IMG/VR virus record: IMGVR_UViG_3300031951_000003
Span: 186,001 to 250,000 of that record
Reading direction: 5' to 3' (one strand)
Length of the DNA: 64,000 nucleotides
This document shows positions 19,386-28,550 of the stretch, piece by piece. The notes beneath the pieces were generated by a model. That model was not told the DNA's origin. It made no database searches and saw only the letters and a program-made list of their open reading frames with translations. Both the position numbers and the translations under genes were made by a program. Position 1 is the stretch's first letter. The number at the start of each line of letters is the position of its first letter.

Positions 19386-19559
19386 TTATTTTTTTTCTTG
19401 TAAAGCCTCAACTAAAACCCAACCGAAAAACATAATTCCGATGGGAAGATTCAAAGATACACCAAAAGAAACAGATAATCCAATCCCGATGATTATTTTT
19501 ATGAATCGAAGACCATCACTGATAATCCGTTTTGCCCAAAAGTTATAAAAGTTATTCAT
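19386..19559 (-). CDS. Small membrane protein (57 aa, below track cutoff)
   Basis: Manual translation MNNFYNFWAKRII...IMFFGWVLVEALQEKK. Confidence 0.5.
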   Translation of the reverse strand: MNNFYNFWAKRIISDGLRFIKIIIGIGLSVSFGVSLNLPIGIMFFGWVLVEALQEKK

Positions 19560-19651
19560 ATATTTTCTTTTAATTATAAAAAATATATTTTAGAATAACA
19601 AATAAAAAACCCCTCACAATGGAAGGGTTCAATTTTTTTTTTATTGAATAC

Positions 19652-20680
19652 TTAAACGTTATAAGTTGTATTTTGATTGTTCGGCGGATTGTTTTTTGCG
19701 TATGCATTAAATCTATTTAAAACATTTTGAATAGTTTGACCTGAATTCATAATACTCATCATTATCCAGAACGCGTTTACATCACCTGTATTAACTATTT
19801 TTACGAAGTCTTCCACCGTGATATCTTGACCAGGTTTTACCCCTATTATGTTTCTTATCCCATATAATCTTGATAAGATTTCAGTATCTTCATAGATATA
19901 TTCTTTTTTATTATTTCTCAACAATCGTAGGTAACTGTTTATTAGGTCGACAGGTTTTTTTATCCCCTGCGCTCTTAAATCATACGCGTATTTATACCAT
20001 TTATCTTTCTCGGCTTTAGTTAATTCTGACTTACGGGCTTCAGTTTCTGAACCGAAAAGGGACCCCAAACTTGTCCATATAGATTCTTTTTTGTTTCTAT
20101 CAATTTTCAAATCAACATCTATTTTTTGTTTAGGGTGGAATGGTTTCACATTATAAAGAATGTGTTGAATTTCATGAATTAAAATTCCGAGAGGGTCTTC
20201 GGTGTTGTTTGCACAATTAATATAAATAATCCCTTCAAAAGGGCTATAACCCATCACTGTATTTGGTCTAACGTGGGCAATTGAATCACTTCTCGGGTCT
20301 GAATAATATTGAAATCGCAAATCAGACAAAGCCTCGTTATAATCTTTGAATATCTCAGAGGCTTCGTTTGTAGAAATTTTCCAATTTTTTGCAAATTTAT
20401 TTAAAGTGACAGGACTTCTCAACCAATCTTTCCACCAATTTACCGCCTGACTTAATGTTGTTGTATTGTAACTCTTCATACAGTTGTCTCTTTCTTTTGC
20501 AAAATCCGCACGTCCTGCAATATTATTGTTTACATAAGTAGAACTTGCTGGTAAACGGGGTTGACCAAATTTCAAAGGTGGTATAGATGGGGTTGGTTTT
20601 TTTTGTTCGTCCAAATTATTGGATATTGCACCACCCATGAGTTCTTTAACTCGTGATATATTTTCATTCAAATTCATCAA
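19652..20680 (-). CDS. Leader-C protein with HEXXH metallopeptidase motif
   Basis: MNLNENISRVKELMG; ILIHEIQHILY; later EILSRL. Confidence 0.65.
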   Translation of the reverse strand: MMNLNENISRVKELMGGAISNNLDEQKKPTPSIPPLKFGQPRLPASSTYVNNNIAGRADFAKERDNCMKSYNTTTLSQAVNWWKDWLRSPVTLNKFAKNWKISTNEASEIFKDYNEALSDLRFQYYSDPRSDSIAHVRPNTVMGYSPFEGIIYINCANNTEDPLGILIHEIQHILYNVKPFHPKQKIDVDLKIDRNKKESIWTSLGSLFGSETEARKSELTKAEKDKWYKYAYDLRAQGIKKPVDLINSYLRLLRNNKKEYIYEDTEILSRLYGIRNIIGVKPGQDITVEDFVKIVNTGDVNAFWIMMSIMNSGQTIQNVLNRFNAYAKNNPPNNQNTTYNV

Positions 20681-20720
20681 TTATAAATATTACAACAATA
20701 AATTATGGCGGAATGAGATG

Positions 20721-21713
20721 TTATATCAAACGTTCGAATGAATTTTTTACCCTTTGTTTAAAAGAAGGGTTTTCCATATCAGGTGGAATTTGAAGTTCAC
20801 CGGAACCTATCGTAATTATACTTTTACCATCAGAGGGTAACCAAATACTTTTTTGGTGGGGCTTTATAAATTTTTCAATTTCAAAAATATCAGGTTCCTT
20901 GAAATTAATACAACCCTTACTCATTTTCCTTCTTTTACAACTCTGAGGGGAAAGGTCCGCGGTTGTTAAAGCATCTATTCTTGGTCTTTTTTTCGTTCCA
21001 TGAAATGCAGTTACAGTTTCGTTACCATCAAAGGTTTCAAATGACATGTATTTCTCTCCATAAGTTGCAATGTCTGATTGTCTCGCAATCTCATCTTCCA
21101 AAGTATCTTTGATTCCTGCAGTTCTTCTGAATATTCCAGCAGGGGTACTTTGTTCAGGCCATCTATCCTCTGTAGGAGCAAAACATTGCTCCATTCTCTT
21201 AACAAACCCTTCCATCCCTTCTTTTTTCAAATTTGCAACACTGTCCTTAAATTTATTCCAAACCTGTTTATAAAAATCTTGAACAACAAACTTGTCGCTT
21301 TGGTCCTCTTTACCTGTTAAAACCAAAAATGTTCTAACAAGTTCATATCCAGGATTGAATAGATAAATTCTGGCTTGAGAATCATCCAATATGGTAAATT
21401 TCTCATTTCCCATTATTTTATTTTTTCTGAGATAATCAACTTGGTCTTGAACTTGTTTGGATGCACTTGGTATTTTGTTAGTGAATAGTCGTTCAACCTT
21501 AGACTTTTCGGCAAACGCTTTACTAACAACAGACGGGTCTATCTTTTGGGGATACTTTCCGTCTTTTATTCGAGGGAAAACCCTCGAGGCTTCTACTGAA
21601 CCCATAGGTGATGACACGGGTCCACCTTGATTGAACAAACCTTCTTTTGTATAAAAAGGGGAAGTTTGTTCCAATAAAAAATTGTATTGTGATTCTGTGA
21701 TTAGATATTTCAT
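20721..21713 (-). CDS. Leader-A protein with L,D-transpeptidase (YkuD)-like domain
   Basis: MKYLITESQY; TPAGIF; AFHGT...MSKGCINF (H...C dyad). Confidence 0.6.
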   Translation of the reverse strand: MKYLITESQYNFLLEQTSPFYTKEGLFNQGGPVSSPMGSVEASRVFPRIKDGKYPQKIDPSVVSKAFAEKSKVERLFTNKIPSASKQVQDQVDYLRKNKIMGNEKFTILDDSQARIYLFNPGYELVRTFLVLTGKEDQSDKFVVQDFYKQVWNKFKDSVANLKKEGMEGFVKRMEQCFAPTEDRWPEQSTPAGIFRRTAGIKDTLEDEIARQSDIATYGEKYMSFETFDGNETVTAFHGTKKRPRIDALTTADLSPQSCKRRKMSKGCINFKEPDIFEIEKFIKPHQKSIWLPSDGKSIITIGSGELQIPPDMENPSFKQRVKNSFERLI

Positions 21714-21753
21714 CAACAATAAATATCACGACCCCATTGTCTGAGATTTAATT

Positions 21754-22368
21754 TTAAACTTTTGATATTGTTTGATTAAATTGGTCTGAATTAATTTGTT
21801 GAGAAATATAATTAGAAAGAAGTTGCTTGTATTTTTGTTCACCGAATTTTTGAATGTATCTATCTTTGTATTTGGTTATTGATGGTTCCACGGATTTTAA
21901 TAAACCTTCGATAGTTTTTAGTTCTGCTTGGATGACATTTTTATTTGTTGCAACCTTTTTCACCACTTGGACCTCAACTGGAGTTAATCTTGTTTTGGAA
22001 AGTAATTTTTCTGCCAACGCAACCGACCCTCTAACACCAACCTGATTTAGTTCAGGTATGAGACCCAAAAGTTTACCCGATAAAGGGATTAAAGAAAATA
22101 GAGTAATAATGGTTGCAGCTTTCTTATTTCCTTCTTGGAAATGTCTTGCAGCATCTCCAAGCCCAACCATAGATGATATAAATGGTCCAATAACAGGAAT
22201 TAGAACAGAAACAATACCCAAAAAAACATTCATGTCATGACTCGTCAAAGCTTTGTCCCAACCTTTTACAACGCTTTTTTGTTGACCTTGGGGAACATAA
22301 TTTCCCCAACCCGTCATGCTCTGTTCTGAAATTAATTTTAATTGTCTTTCAGTTATGATGTACTTCAT
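21754..22368 (-). CDS. Leader-A protein with hydrophobic helical hairpins (pre-toxin-like)
   Basis: MKYIITERQLKLISEQ; LIPVIGPFISSMVGLGDAA...EGNKKAA...LFSLIP. Confidence 0.6.
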   Translation of the reverse strand: MKYIITERQLKLISEQSMTGWGNYVPQGQQKSVVKGWDKALTSHDMNVFLGIVSVLIPVIGPFISSMVGLGDAARHFQEGNKKAATIITLFSLIPLSGKLLGLIPELNQVGVRGSVALAEKLLSKTRLTPVEVQVVKKVATNKNVIQAELKTIEGLLKSVEPSITKYKDRYIQKFGEQKYKQLLSNYISQQINSDQFNQTISKV

Positions 22369-22405
22369 AACAAATAAATATCACGACCCAATTATATGAG
22401 ATGGT

Positions 22406-22951
22406 CTATTTAAGGACATACACCCAAGCGTTTTGCTTGTAATTACCGAATTTTTTGAGTGCTGCGGTTGTTCTGTGCCAACCTTCCAATAAGTCATACT
22501 TTCCGTCCTTTGTTTCAACCACGATAATTGGTTCAGAAGACAAACCACCCTTTTCCAAATTAGATTGTTGAAAATCGTGTCTTTCGGTGTCTTTGGTAAT
22601 GTCAGTTCTTCTGAAACCTTCAATCTTTTTTCTCAAATCTTTCTGAACAAACTCTGTGAATGATTCCAACGACAAATCCAATATTTTATTTTCCCAATGA
22701 CCTTTACCGTGCCCTTCAACAAAACTAACGAGATAACTTCTCACAAGGTCTTTATATTCTTCAGGACTTTCATCTTTTATGTCTTTTGTGTTTCTATACA
22801 ACCAATCTCTTAAAACATATTCAGGCCAATCAATTCCCGTAATTTCTTTACTCTTATTTCTAAGATAATTCATATAACCTTCACGAGTTTCAACAATAAT
22901 CCCCATCAATTCTTTTACTCGTGATATATTTTCGTTCAAGTTCATCATCAA
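22406..22951 (-). CDS. Leader-C protein with ParB/Srx-like domain
   Basis: EPIIVVETKDGKYDLLEGWHRTTAA. Confidence 0.65.
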   Translation of the reverse strand: MMMNLNENISRVKELMGIIVETREGYMNYLRNKSKEITGIDWPEYVLRDWLYRNTKDIKDESPEEYKDLVRSYLVSFVEGHGKGHWENKILDLSLESFTEFVQKDLRKKIEGFRRTDITKDTERHDFQQSNLEKGGLSSEPIIVVETKDGKYDLLEGWHRTTAALKKFGNYKQNAWVYVLK

Positions 22952-22985
22952 TAAATATCACGACCCACTTGTCTGAGATGGTCAA

Positions 22986-23552
22986 CTAATTGAAAAGTCT
23001 TTGGATATTATCAACGTATGGAGAATTATTTGGCTCATTGACCCAAACATACGCTTTTAATGGCTTGTTTTTCATTTTTGCCAAGAAAACTCTATGAGCG
23101 CCGTCAACAACTTCATAACCCTTATCATTTTTTCTTAACGTTATTGGTGGGAGTTTACCAAAATTGACTTTCCTCGGGTCTGACGGGTTTTCTCTGAAAT
23201 ATTTATCTGATTTACCTGAAACATAGTCATCAAATTTTTGTTGTCTATCAATAACAAATTCATCTTCTAAATTAATTTCATTTGGGTCAACAAGTATCGG
23301 TCCCGTTAAAACCCAATCTTTGATTTCGTAAATTGTTCTTCTCCATTCTGCAAACGGTAACCCCATTTCATCATTATATTGATAGTCGATTATTTCCTTT
23401 TGTTCAGGAAACATTTTCAAAAGCAAATTATAAATCTCCTCAGATTTTTCTCGGGTAACAATTTTATTGACAAAGTCCCAATCAAATTCTTCAGATACCA
23501 AACCCATCAATTCTTTTACTCGTGATATATTCTCGTTCAGATTCATCAACAA
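22986..23552 (-). CDS. Leader-C protein with ParB/Srx-like domain
   Basis: PPITLRKNDKGYEVVDGAHRVFLA. Confidence 0.7.
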   Translation of the reverse strand: MLMNLNENISRVKELMGLVSEEFDWDFVNKIVTREKSEEIYNLLLKMFPEQKEIIDYQYNDEMGLPFAEWRRTIYEIKDWVLTGPILVDPNEINLEDEFVIDRQQKFDDYVSGKSDKYFRENPSDPRKVNFGKLPPITLRKNDKGYEVVDGAHRVFLAKMKNKPLKAYVWVNEPNNSPYVDNIQRLFN

Positions 23553-23573
23553 TAAATATCACGACCAATTTGT

Positions 23574-24470
23574 TTAAGATGGTGTCTGAACAATGTCTTT
23601 GAACTTGTCCAAATACACAGTTCTTTCAGAATCAACATTTATTAGTTGTGTGTTAGGTGATAAATAATTATCCTTCACTTTAATATAATACTGACCGTCA
23701 TCTACTATACCGAGTTTTGAAATAAACTCATCAATAAACTTTTTGTTCGAGGTCGACTTCGACAACAAACCTTCCAACCCTTTCTTGGTCAAAATTGTGG
23801 AAGGGTCTCCTGTCTTTTCTGATGGTCTTTCTTTCGTGGCTTCATACTTTCCCAAATATTGTTCCAAAACCATTTCAATATCTCGGCTGTCGTATTTAAA
23901 GTTGGGGTCTGTTTTTGCTATTTCATTTCTCTTAGAAACATTTTCCACCAATAGATAAATTGGGGTATGTAATAGAATTTCTTTGAAGGTTACATTCGGT
24001 AAATATTTTTGCAATTGGTTGTCGACAGTATCCACAAATATCTTTTTCCAAGGCCCTGTTTTGATTTCTTGAGCGACATACCATAATCTTGCGTCAGTTC
24101 CCTTAAGATATTCCTTTTCGAATGGATTTTCAGGAACAGTATCACCATTTTCACGATAAATACCCGAAACAATTCCAGCATCTTCTCTTTCTTTTGCCCA
24201 CTGTCTTATATTTGGATGGTCCAATTTAAGTCTTCTTTCCTCACCTTCTCTCCCTTCTTCACCCGTCCCACTAAAATCATCAGAAGCAATCACAACCCAT
24301 TGATTTGGGTCCTTGGATTCATAATAAGGAACAGCATTCATTTGTTTCAACAAATAAGATTTACCCGCAGAAGAAGTTCCATCCAATAAGACTACCGATT
24401 TATCATCAGCTTGTTCAACCAGCAATCCCATCACTTCCTTAATTCTTTTTATATTTTCGTGTAAATTCAT
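23574..24470 (-). CDS. Leader-C protein with P-loop kinase domain (chloramphenicol phosphotransferase-like)
   Basis: VVLLDGTSSAGKS Walker A; IFVDTV. Confidence 0.65.
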   Translation of the reverse strand: MNLHENIKRIKEVMGLLVEQADDKSVVLLDGTSSAGKSYLLKQMNAVPYYESKDPNQWVVIASDDFSGTGEEGREGEERRLKLDHPNIRQWAKEREDAGIVSGIYRENGDTVPENPFEKEYLKGTDARLWYVAQEIKTGPWKKIFVDTVDNQLQKYLPNVTFKEILLHTPIYLLVENVSKRNEIAKTDPNFKYDSRDIEMVLEQYLGKYEATKERPSEKTGDPSTILTKKGLEGLLSKSTSNKKFIDEFISKLGIVDDGQYYIKVKDNYLSPNTQLINVDSERTVYLDKFKDIVQTPS

Positions 24471-24538
24471 AACAATAAATATACCGACCCATTTGTTTAG
24501 ATGGTGATAATGAGGTGGTCACAATGAAGGGACAAGGA

Positions 24539-24610
24539 CCGAACCGACGAAGTCGGTCGGGGACCGTCGGCCGAAAAAACGGGGGAAAATACCGACGGAG
24601 TCGGTTTCCG
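24539..24610 (+). other. GC-rich tandem hairpins with C-GNA-G triloops
   Basis: ACCGAC-GAA-GTCGGT at 24543-24557 and ACCGAC-GGA-GTCGGT at 24591-24605, both extendable through bulges. Confidence 0.75.
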
Positions 24611-24646
24611 TTTGCGAATATCTGGTTAAAATAAGAAAAAAAGATA

Positions 24647-24943
24647 CTACATCTTAAATGCATCATGACAAAGGAGCTCATCCTCAAAATAAATGTCCAA
24701 GCTGCAAACACCACCCCCACCAAAGTACTGAGAAAGTTCGGTCATTCTTGTCATAAGTCTTCTCATAAGATGATGACAAGAAATCATTCCTGTTTGCTTG
24801 TCAGCAGGTTTCAAATAAACTTTAACAGTTATTATACCCAATGCCCAATTTTTACCGACCCAAATGTTTTCAATTTCGGGGAATTCATCAATTAAGATGG
24901 AATCAAATAATTTCTGATATGAAGATGGGGGAACTTTCATCAA
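24647..24943 (-). CDS. Hypothetical protein
   Basis: ATAAATA upstream; DEFPEIENIWV. Confidence 0.55.
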   Translation of the reverse strand: MMKVPPSSYQKLFDSILIDEFPEIENIWVGKNWALGIITVKVYLKPADKQTGMISCHHLMRRLMTRMTELSQYFGGGGVCSLDIYFEDELLCHDAFKM

Positions 24944-24967
24944 TAATAAATACTACACGCACATGTC

Positions 24968-25195
24968 TTATATTTCGTGAACATCACGATTACTCATATT
25001 TTGCAAATCTCTAAATAATTTGTCATACTGCTCCCTCCCCAACCTAACATACATGGCTTTCATAACATCAGACATTTTTCCAAGCTTTATAACTTCCTGT
25101 TCATACTTGTCCATAAATCCCTCGGGGAGACTATATGATTTATTAATCTTCGGTTCCATGTATTTTATTTTTTCCTCCCAATAACTCTCTTTCAA
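24968..25195 (-). CDS. Hypothetical protein
   Basis: ORF track. Confidence 0.45.
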   Translation of the reverse strand: MKESYWEEKIKYMEPKINKSYSLPEGFMDKYEQEVIKLGKMSDVMKAMYVRLGREQYDKLFRDLQNMSNRDVHEI

Positions 25196-25340
25196 GTTTT
25201 AAATTTTGTTCCTTCACCAATTTATCAATTATTCCTTGAACACCTTGTTTTGAGACCTTAGTAGATTTCATTACTCTTTTCATAAGCTCAATATCAATTT
25301 CGTTGGATATTTTCCTCGTCAATAATTCCTCTATTGTCAT
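25143..25340 (-). CDS. Hypothetical protein
   Basis: ORF track. Confidence 0.45.
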   Translation of the reverse strand: MTIEELLTRKISNEIDIELMKRVMKSTKVSKQGVQGIIDKLVKEQNLKLERELLGGKNKIHGTED

Positions 25341-25675
25341 TTTATAATTAATTTTAATAAGTCAGATAAAACCTTTATATTATTCCTTTCTCCAAACCAA
25401 TCTCTAACATATTTCCATGACTCCGTGTTTTCAACAGGAAAATATCCTTCGATTTTTTTACATAAAGAATCAGACCTATAAACTTTAACTTGGTCACTTT
25501 TGACTTGAAACCATAATATCAAAACACCACTATCCGACTTTATCTCATAGGTGTCGGTCCACGTCCTAAGTGGACTATACATAATCTCACAAGTAGTCCC
25601 TCCCCCAACATAATCATCCAAAAATTTATAAATCTTTTCTTTCATATCTCGAATGTATCTGATTATTTGACCCAA
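25337..25675 (-). CDS. W-F family protein without leader
   Basis: IYKFLDDY...YVRDWFGERNNIK. Confidence 0.5.
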   Translation of the reverse strand: MGQIIRYIRDMKEKIYKFLDDYVGGGTTCEIMYSPLRTWTDTYEIKSDSGVLILWFQVKSDQVKVYRSDSLCKKIEGYFPVENTESWKYVRDWFGERNNIKVLSDLLKLIIK

Positions 25676-26103
25676 GTTCGAGCCTATTTGAAATTGATTC
25701 CATTATTTGTGTATATTCAAATTGAAGTTCCTCCTCGTGGTCCTCATAATACTCCTCACCCTTGGCGGAATATCTTCCACCAATAATTTTAAGAGCATAA
25801 GCATGGGGGAATCTACCCTTGTTGTGAATTGTTAATTGCATTTACCCTATGAATATGTTTATTCCCTCCCATTTTACCCCTTTCAATGTCTCGTCTCATG
25901 TTTTTCAAAGTGGTATAATATTTTCCGTTGATGGATTTATTATACCTTGCCTCAAGAACCTCGACCTTCGAATACTCCTCGTATCTTGTCTTCGCATCTC
26001 TCATTACTTTTCAATTTTCATTTTCCATATAATATAAACAATTCCCCCAACAACCACAAGACATGCAATCCCAATCAACATATAAAATATTTCACTATCC
26101 ATA

Positions 26104-26301
26104 TCATTCTATTTTATGAATTTTTTTATCTCCCCCTAAATTCAGTGCCCTACATTCAATGAGGTCCAACCTTTTTTTATATTCCTTCCAAAGAAGTTCA
26201 TTGAAGTCTTTTCTGAAATCATAACTTTCTTGTTTGAGACCTAACTCCTCCAATCTCTGAAGCTCATAAAGATAAGGAAAGATATTTCTTGGAAATTTCA
26301 T
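26104..26301 (-). CDS. Hypothetical protein
   Basis: ORF track. Confidence 0.4.
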   Translation of the reverse strand: MKFPRNIFPYLYELQRLEELGLKQESYDFRKDFNELLWKEYKKRLDLIECRALNLGGDKKIHKIE

Positions 26302-26573
26302 TTATCATCTTTTTTATCAAACAAATACTCATGAAGTATTGTCCCCCCAAATATGAGAATAGCAACCCCAAAGAAAATTATCAATGAATAATCCATATAC
26401 TATTTTTTTGCAAACATAGACCTTTTACAAAAAATTTCCAAAAATTTTTTTTTGACTATAAAGGGGTAAATAAAAAAAGAGGGGTCTTGTCTATGGAACG
26501 TAGTGGAATACTTGTTTTAGAAACATATTTCCAATTTTACAAAATAGAAGGTTTCCATTTTACATATTATAAA

Positions 26574-26599
26574 GGAATTGGAAATATAATTCCAATTCC
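26574..26599. promoter_or_regulatory. Perfect inverted repeat (10-bp arms), possible operator
   Basis: GGAATTGGAA-atataa-TTCCAATTCC in non-coding DNA. Confidence 0.5.
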
Positions 26600-26656
26600 C
26601 ACAAATAAAAAACCCCTCTGTATGAAGTAGGGGTTTAATAAGTATAATTGTTTTTA

Positions 26657-27307
26657 CTATGCCAACATTGTTTGAACATCTTTGATTTGTGTATTGAAGT
26701 CATCAATATAAGGTTTCAACTCTTTTGATTTATTTGATAAAGCTGCGAGTTTGCTTGAGACAATAGCGAGAGCATCTGCGGCTTTTGATTTGAATATTTT
26801 TACAAGAGCAATCATGAAGGAATATTTCCAAGGTTCTTTTGCTAAGTTGAAACCTGCAGATTTTATTATACCCATGTTTTTCATAATCACACGAAGTTCA
26901 AACGGTGTCTTTTTTAATAAAGATTTTACTTCCACTCTCGCAGCAATGTTTGAGGCATTACCTCCAACAGGAATTAGTGACGAAGCAAATGTAACAACCG
27001 CCAATAAAGACATTTCAATTTTTTCTTCAGTTGTCTTTGCAAAGAAATACCTAACAACATATGTGAGAGCATGTGTAACATCAATACCAATTGATATTAG
27101 ATTACCAATTCCTGGTACAGCATCAACCAAACCTGAAACAATATCAGCATAATCATCAGCATCCAAATTTGGACCCAACTTACCCAATTTATTCTGAGCT
27201 GCGACTTGATTATCAACCTTCTTTAATTCACGTCTTTCGTAATCTGTTGAATAACCTTGTTCCATCATGATGGTCTTCAATTGAGATTCTGTGATAATGT
27301 ATTTCAT
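26657..27307 (-). CDS. Leader-A protein with hydrophobic helical hairpins
   Basis: MKYIITESQLKTIMMEQ; DAVPGIGNLISIGID...FASSLIPVGG; related to 21754. Confidence 0.65.
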   Translation of the reverse strand: MKYIITESQLKTIMMEQGYSTDYERRELKKVDNQVAAQNKLGKLGPNLDADDYADIVSGLVDAVPGIGNLISIGIDVTHALTYVVRYFFAKTTEEKIEMSLLAVVTFASSLIPVGGNASNIAARVEVKSLLKKTPFELRVIMKNMGIIKSAGFNLAKEPWKYSFMIALVKIFKSKAADALAIVSSKLAALSNKSKELKPYIDDFNTQIKDVQTMLA

Positions 27308-27384
27308 ATTACAATAAATACTTTGGGAAATAAAAAACCCCCTTCGTGAATGAAGAGGGTCTTGTTATAGAAATTATTTTTTTT

Positions 27385-27858
27385 TTAAATCCCAATACAA
27401 CTTAACAATGCTTTTACATCTTTCGCTGGGTCAGAACCTAAACCACCTTGGTCTTCAGGTAATCCTGTTAAAAAGATTACAATTAGTGAAGATAATGCCA
27501 ACACACCTCCAGCAACCAATCCAACAGGGTTTGCAATTAACATAGCAACGATTCCAAGAGCATAAGCTCCAGCACTTGTAGTTAAAAACATTAAACTTGT
27601 GAGTTGTTTTGATGTGATACATTTTTTGATTTTTTCCTGTATTTTAGGGTCAGGTTTTGCACCACTTTCAAATTTTTGTATTGCCGCATCAATCATTGAT
27701 TGTGCTTCAGCTGATTCGGTCAAATATGGTTTTACATCACCTTGTTTAGTTTCAACCAATTGTTTGAACTTCTCGTTGTAAACTCTCATTCCACCTTTAT
27801 GTTGTTCACGGATGGCGTTTTTTTCTTCTTCAGAAATATTGTTTAAAATGTGTTTCAT
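27385..27858 (-). CDS. Leader-E protein with C-terminal TM hairpin
   Basis: MKHILNNISEEEKNAIREQH; two long hydrophobic helices. Confidence 0.65.
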   Translation of the reverse strand: MKHILNNISEEEKNAIREQHKGGMRVYNEKFKQLVETKQGDVKPYLTESAEAQSMIDAAIQKFESGAKPDPKIQEKIKKCITSKQLTSLMFLTTSAGAYALGIVAMLIANPVGLVAGGVLALSSLIVIFLTGLPEDQGGLGSDPAKDVKALLSCIGI

Positions 27859-27942
27859 AATTTTAATTTTATTATAAATATATTCGGAAATAAAAAACCC
27901 CCTTCGTAATTGAAGAGGGTCTTGTTATTTTGAAATGTTTTA

Positions 27943-28449
27943 TTAGAGCGGACCATATTTTCTCATTCTTCTTGATGCTTGTCTACATTCCTTACTCGTT
28001 CTTGTGTTGCCACCAATCAATTTGATTAGTTTAACAACCAACATTAAAATGATAATACCTGCAAACACCTGAATGAAAACAACAGGGATTGCCATTGCAC
28101 CAATTGTTACAATCTCTCCCACTTGTTCACTTTGAGTTTTTCTTTTGAAAATTGATTTAACCTTTTTGATTAACTCCTTAACATCTTTGGCTGAAGTCAG
28201 ACCATCGATTTGTTCTTTGATTTTCTGAAGCATTGTCTTTTGTTTCTCATCCGCAGTTGGAGGAGTTTCAAGTGGACAATCGTTCAACGCAAATTCAATA
28301 TCTTCAGTCGATACGGGTTCTTCCCCAACTGTTGATAGTTCATTATTAATCACGTCAAGAACTTGAGATTCATCTTCTTTCAATAATCTCTTTTCCAATC
28401 TGATGTTGGCTTCTTGTATGTGTCTGATTTTACTATAACTTCTATTCAT
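27943..28449 (-). CDS. Leader-D protein with C-terminal TM helix
   Basis: MNRSYSKIRHIQEANIRLEKRLLKE. Confidence 0.65.
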   Translation of the reverse strand: MNRSYSKIRHIQEANIRLEKRLLKEDESQVLDVINNELSTVGEEPVSTEDIEFALNDCPLETPPTADEKQKTMLQKIKEQIDGLTSAKDVKELIKKVKSIFKRKTQSEQVGEIVTIGAMAIPVVFIQVFAGIIILMLVVKLIKLIGGNTRTSKECRQASRRMRKYGPL

Positions 28450-28550
28450 AATTTGATTTTATAATAAATACAAAATTTTCCCAAAAATTTTTAAATGAAA
28501 AAACCCCCTTCGAAATTGAAGAGGGTCTTGTTCTATAATTCACAATGATG

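Larger units (their letters stand above)
21718..24506. repeat. Five copies of a ~30-34 bp intergenic repeat, one per gene cassette
   Basis: AATAAATATCACGACCcanTTGTcTgAGATGGT at 21718-21747, 22373-22406, 22950-22983, 23551-23584 and 24474-24506; degenerate copy near 20683-20720. Confidence 0.85.

Noticed and set aside
21718-24506. CRISPR array interpretation of the ~34-bp repeats
   Set aside because: Intervening sequences are 570-890 bp intact ORFs, the repeats contain the promoter motif, and no cas genes are present.
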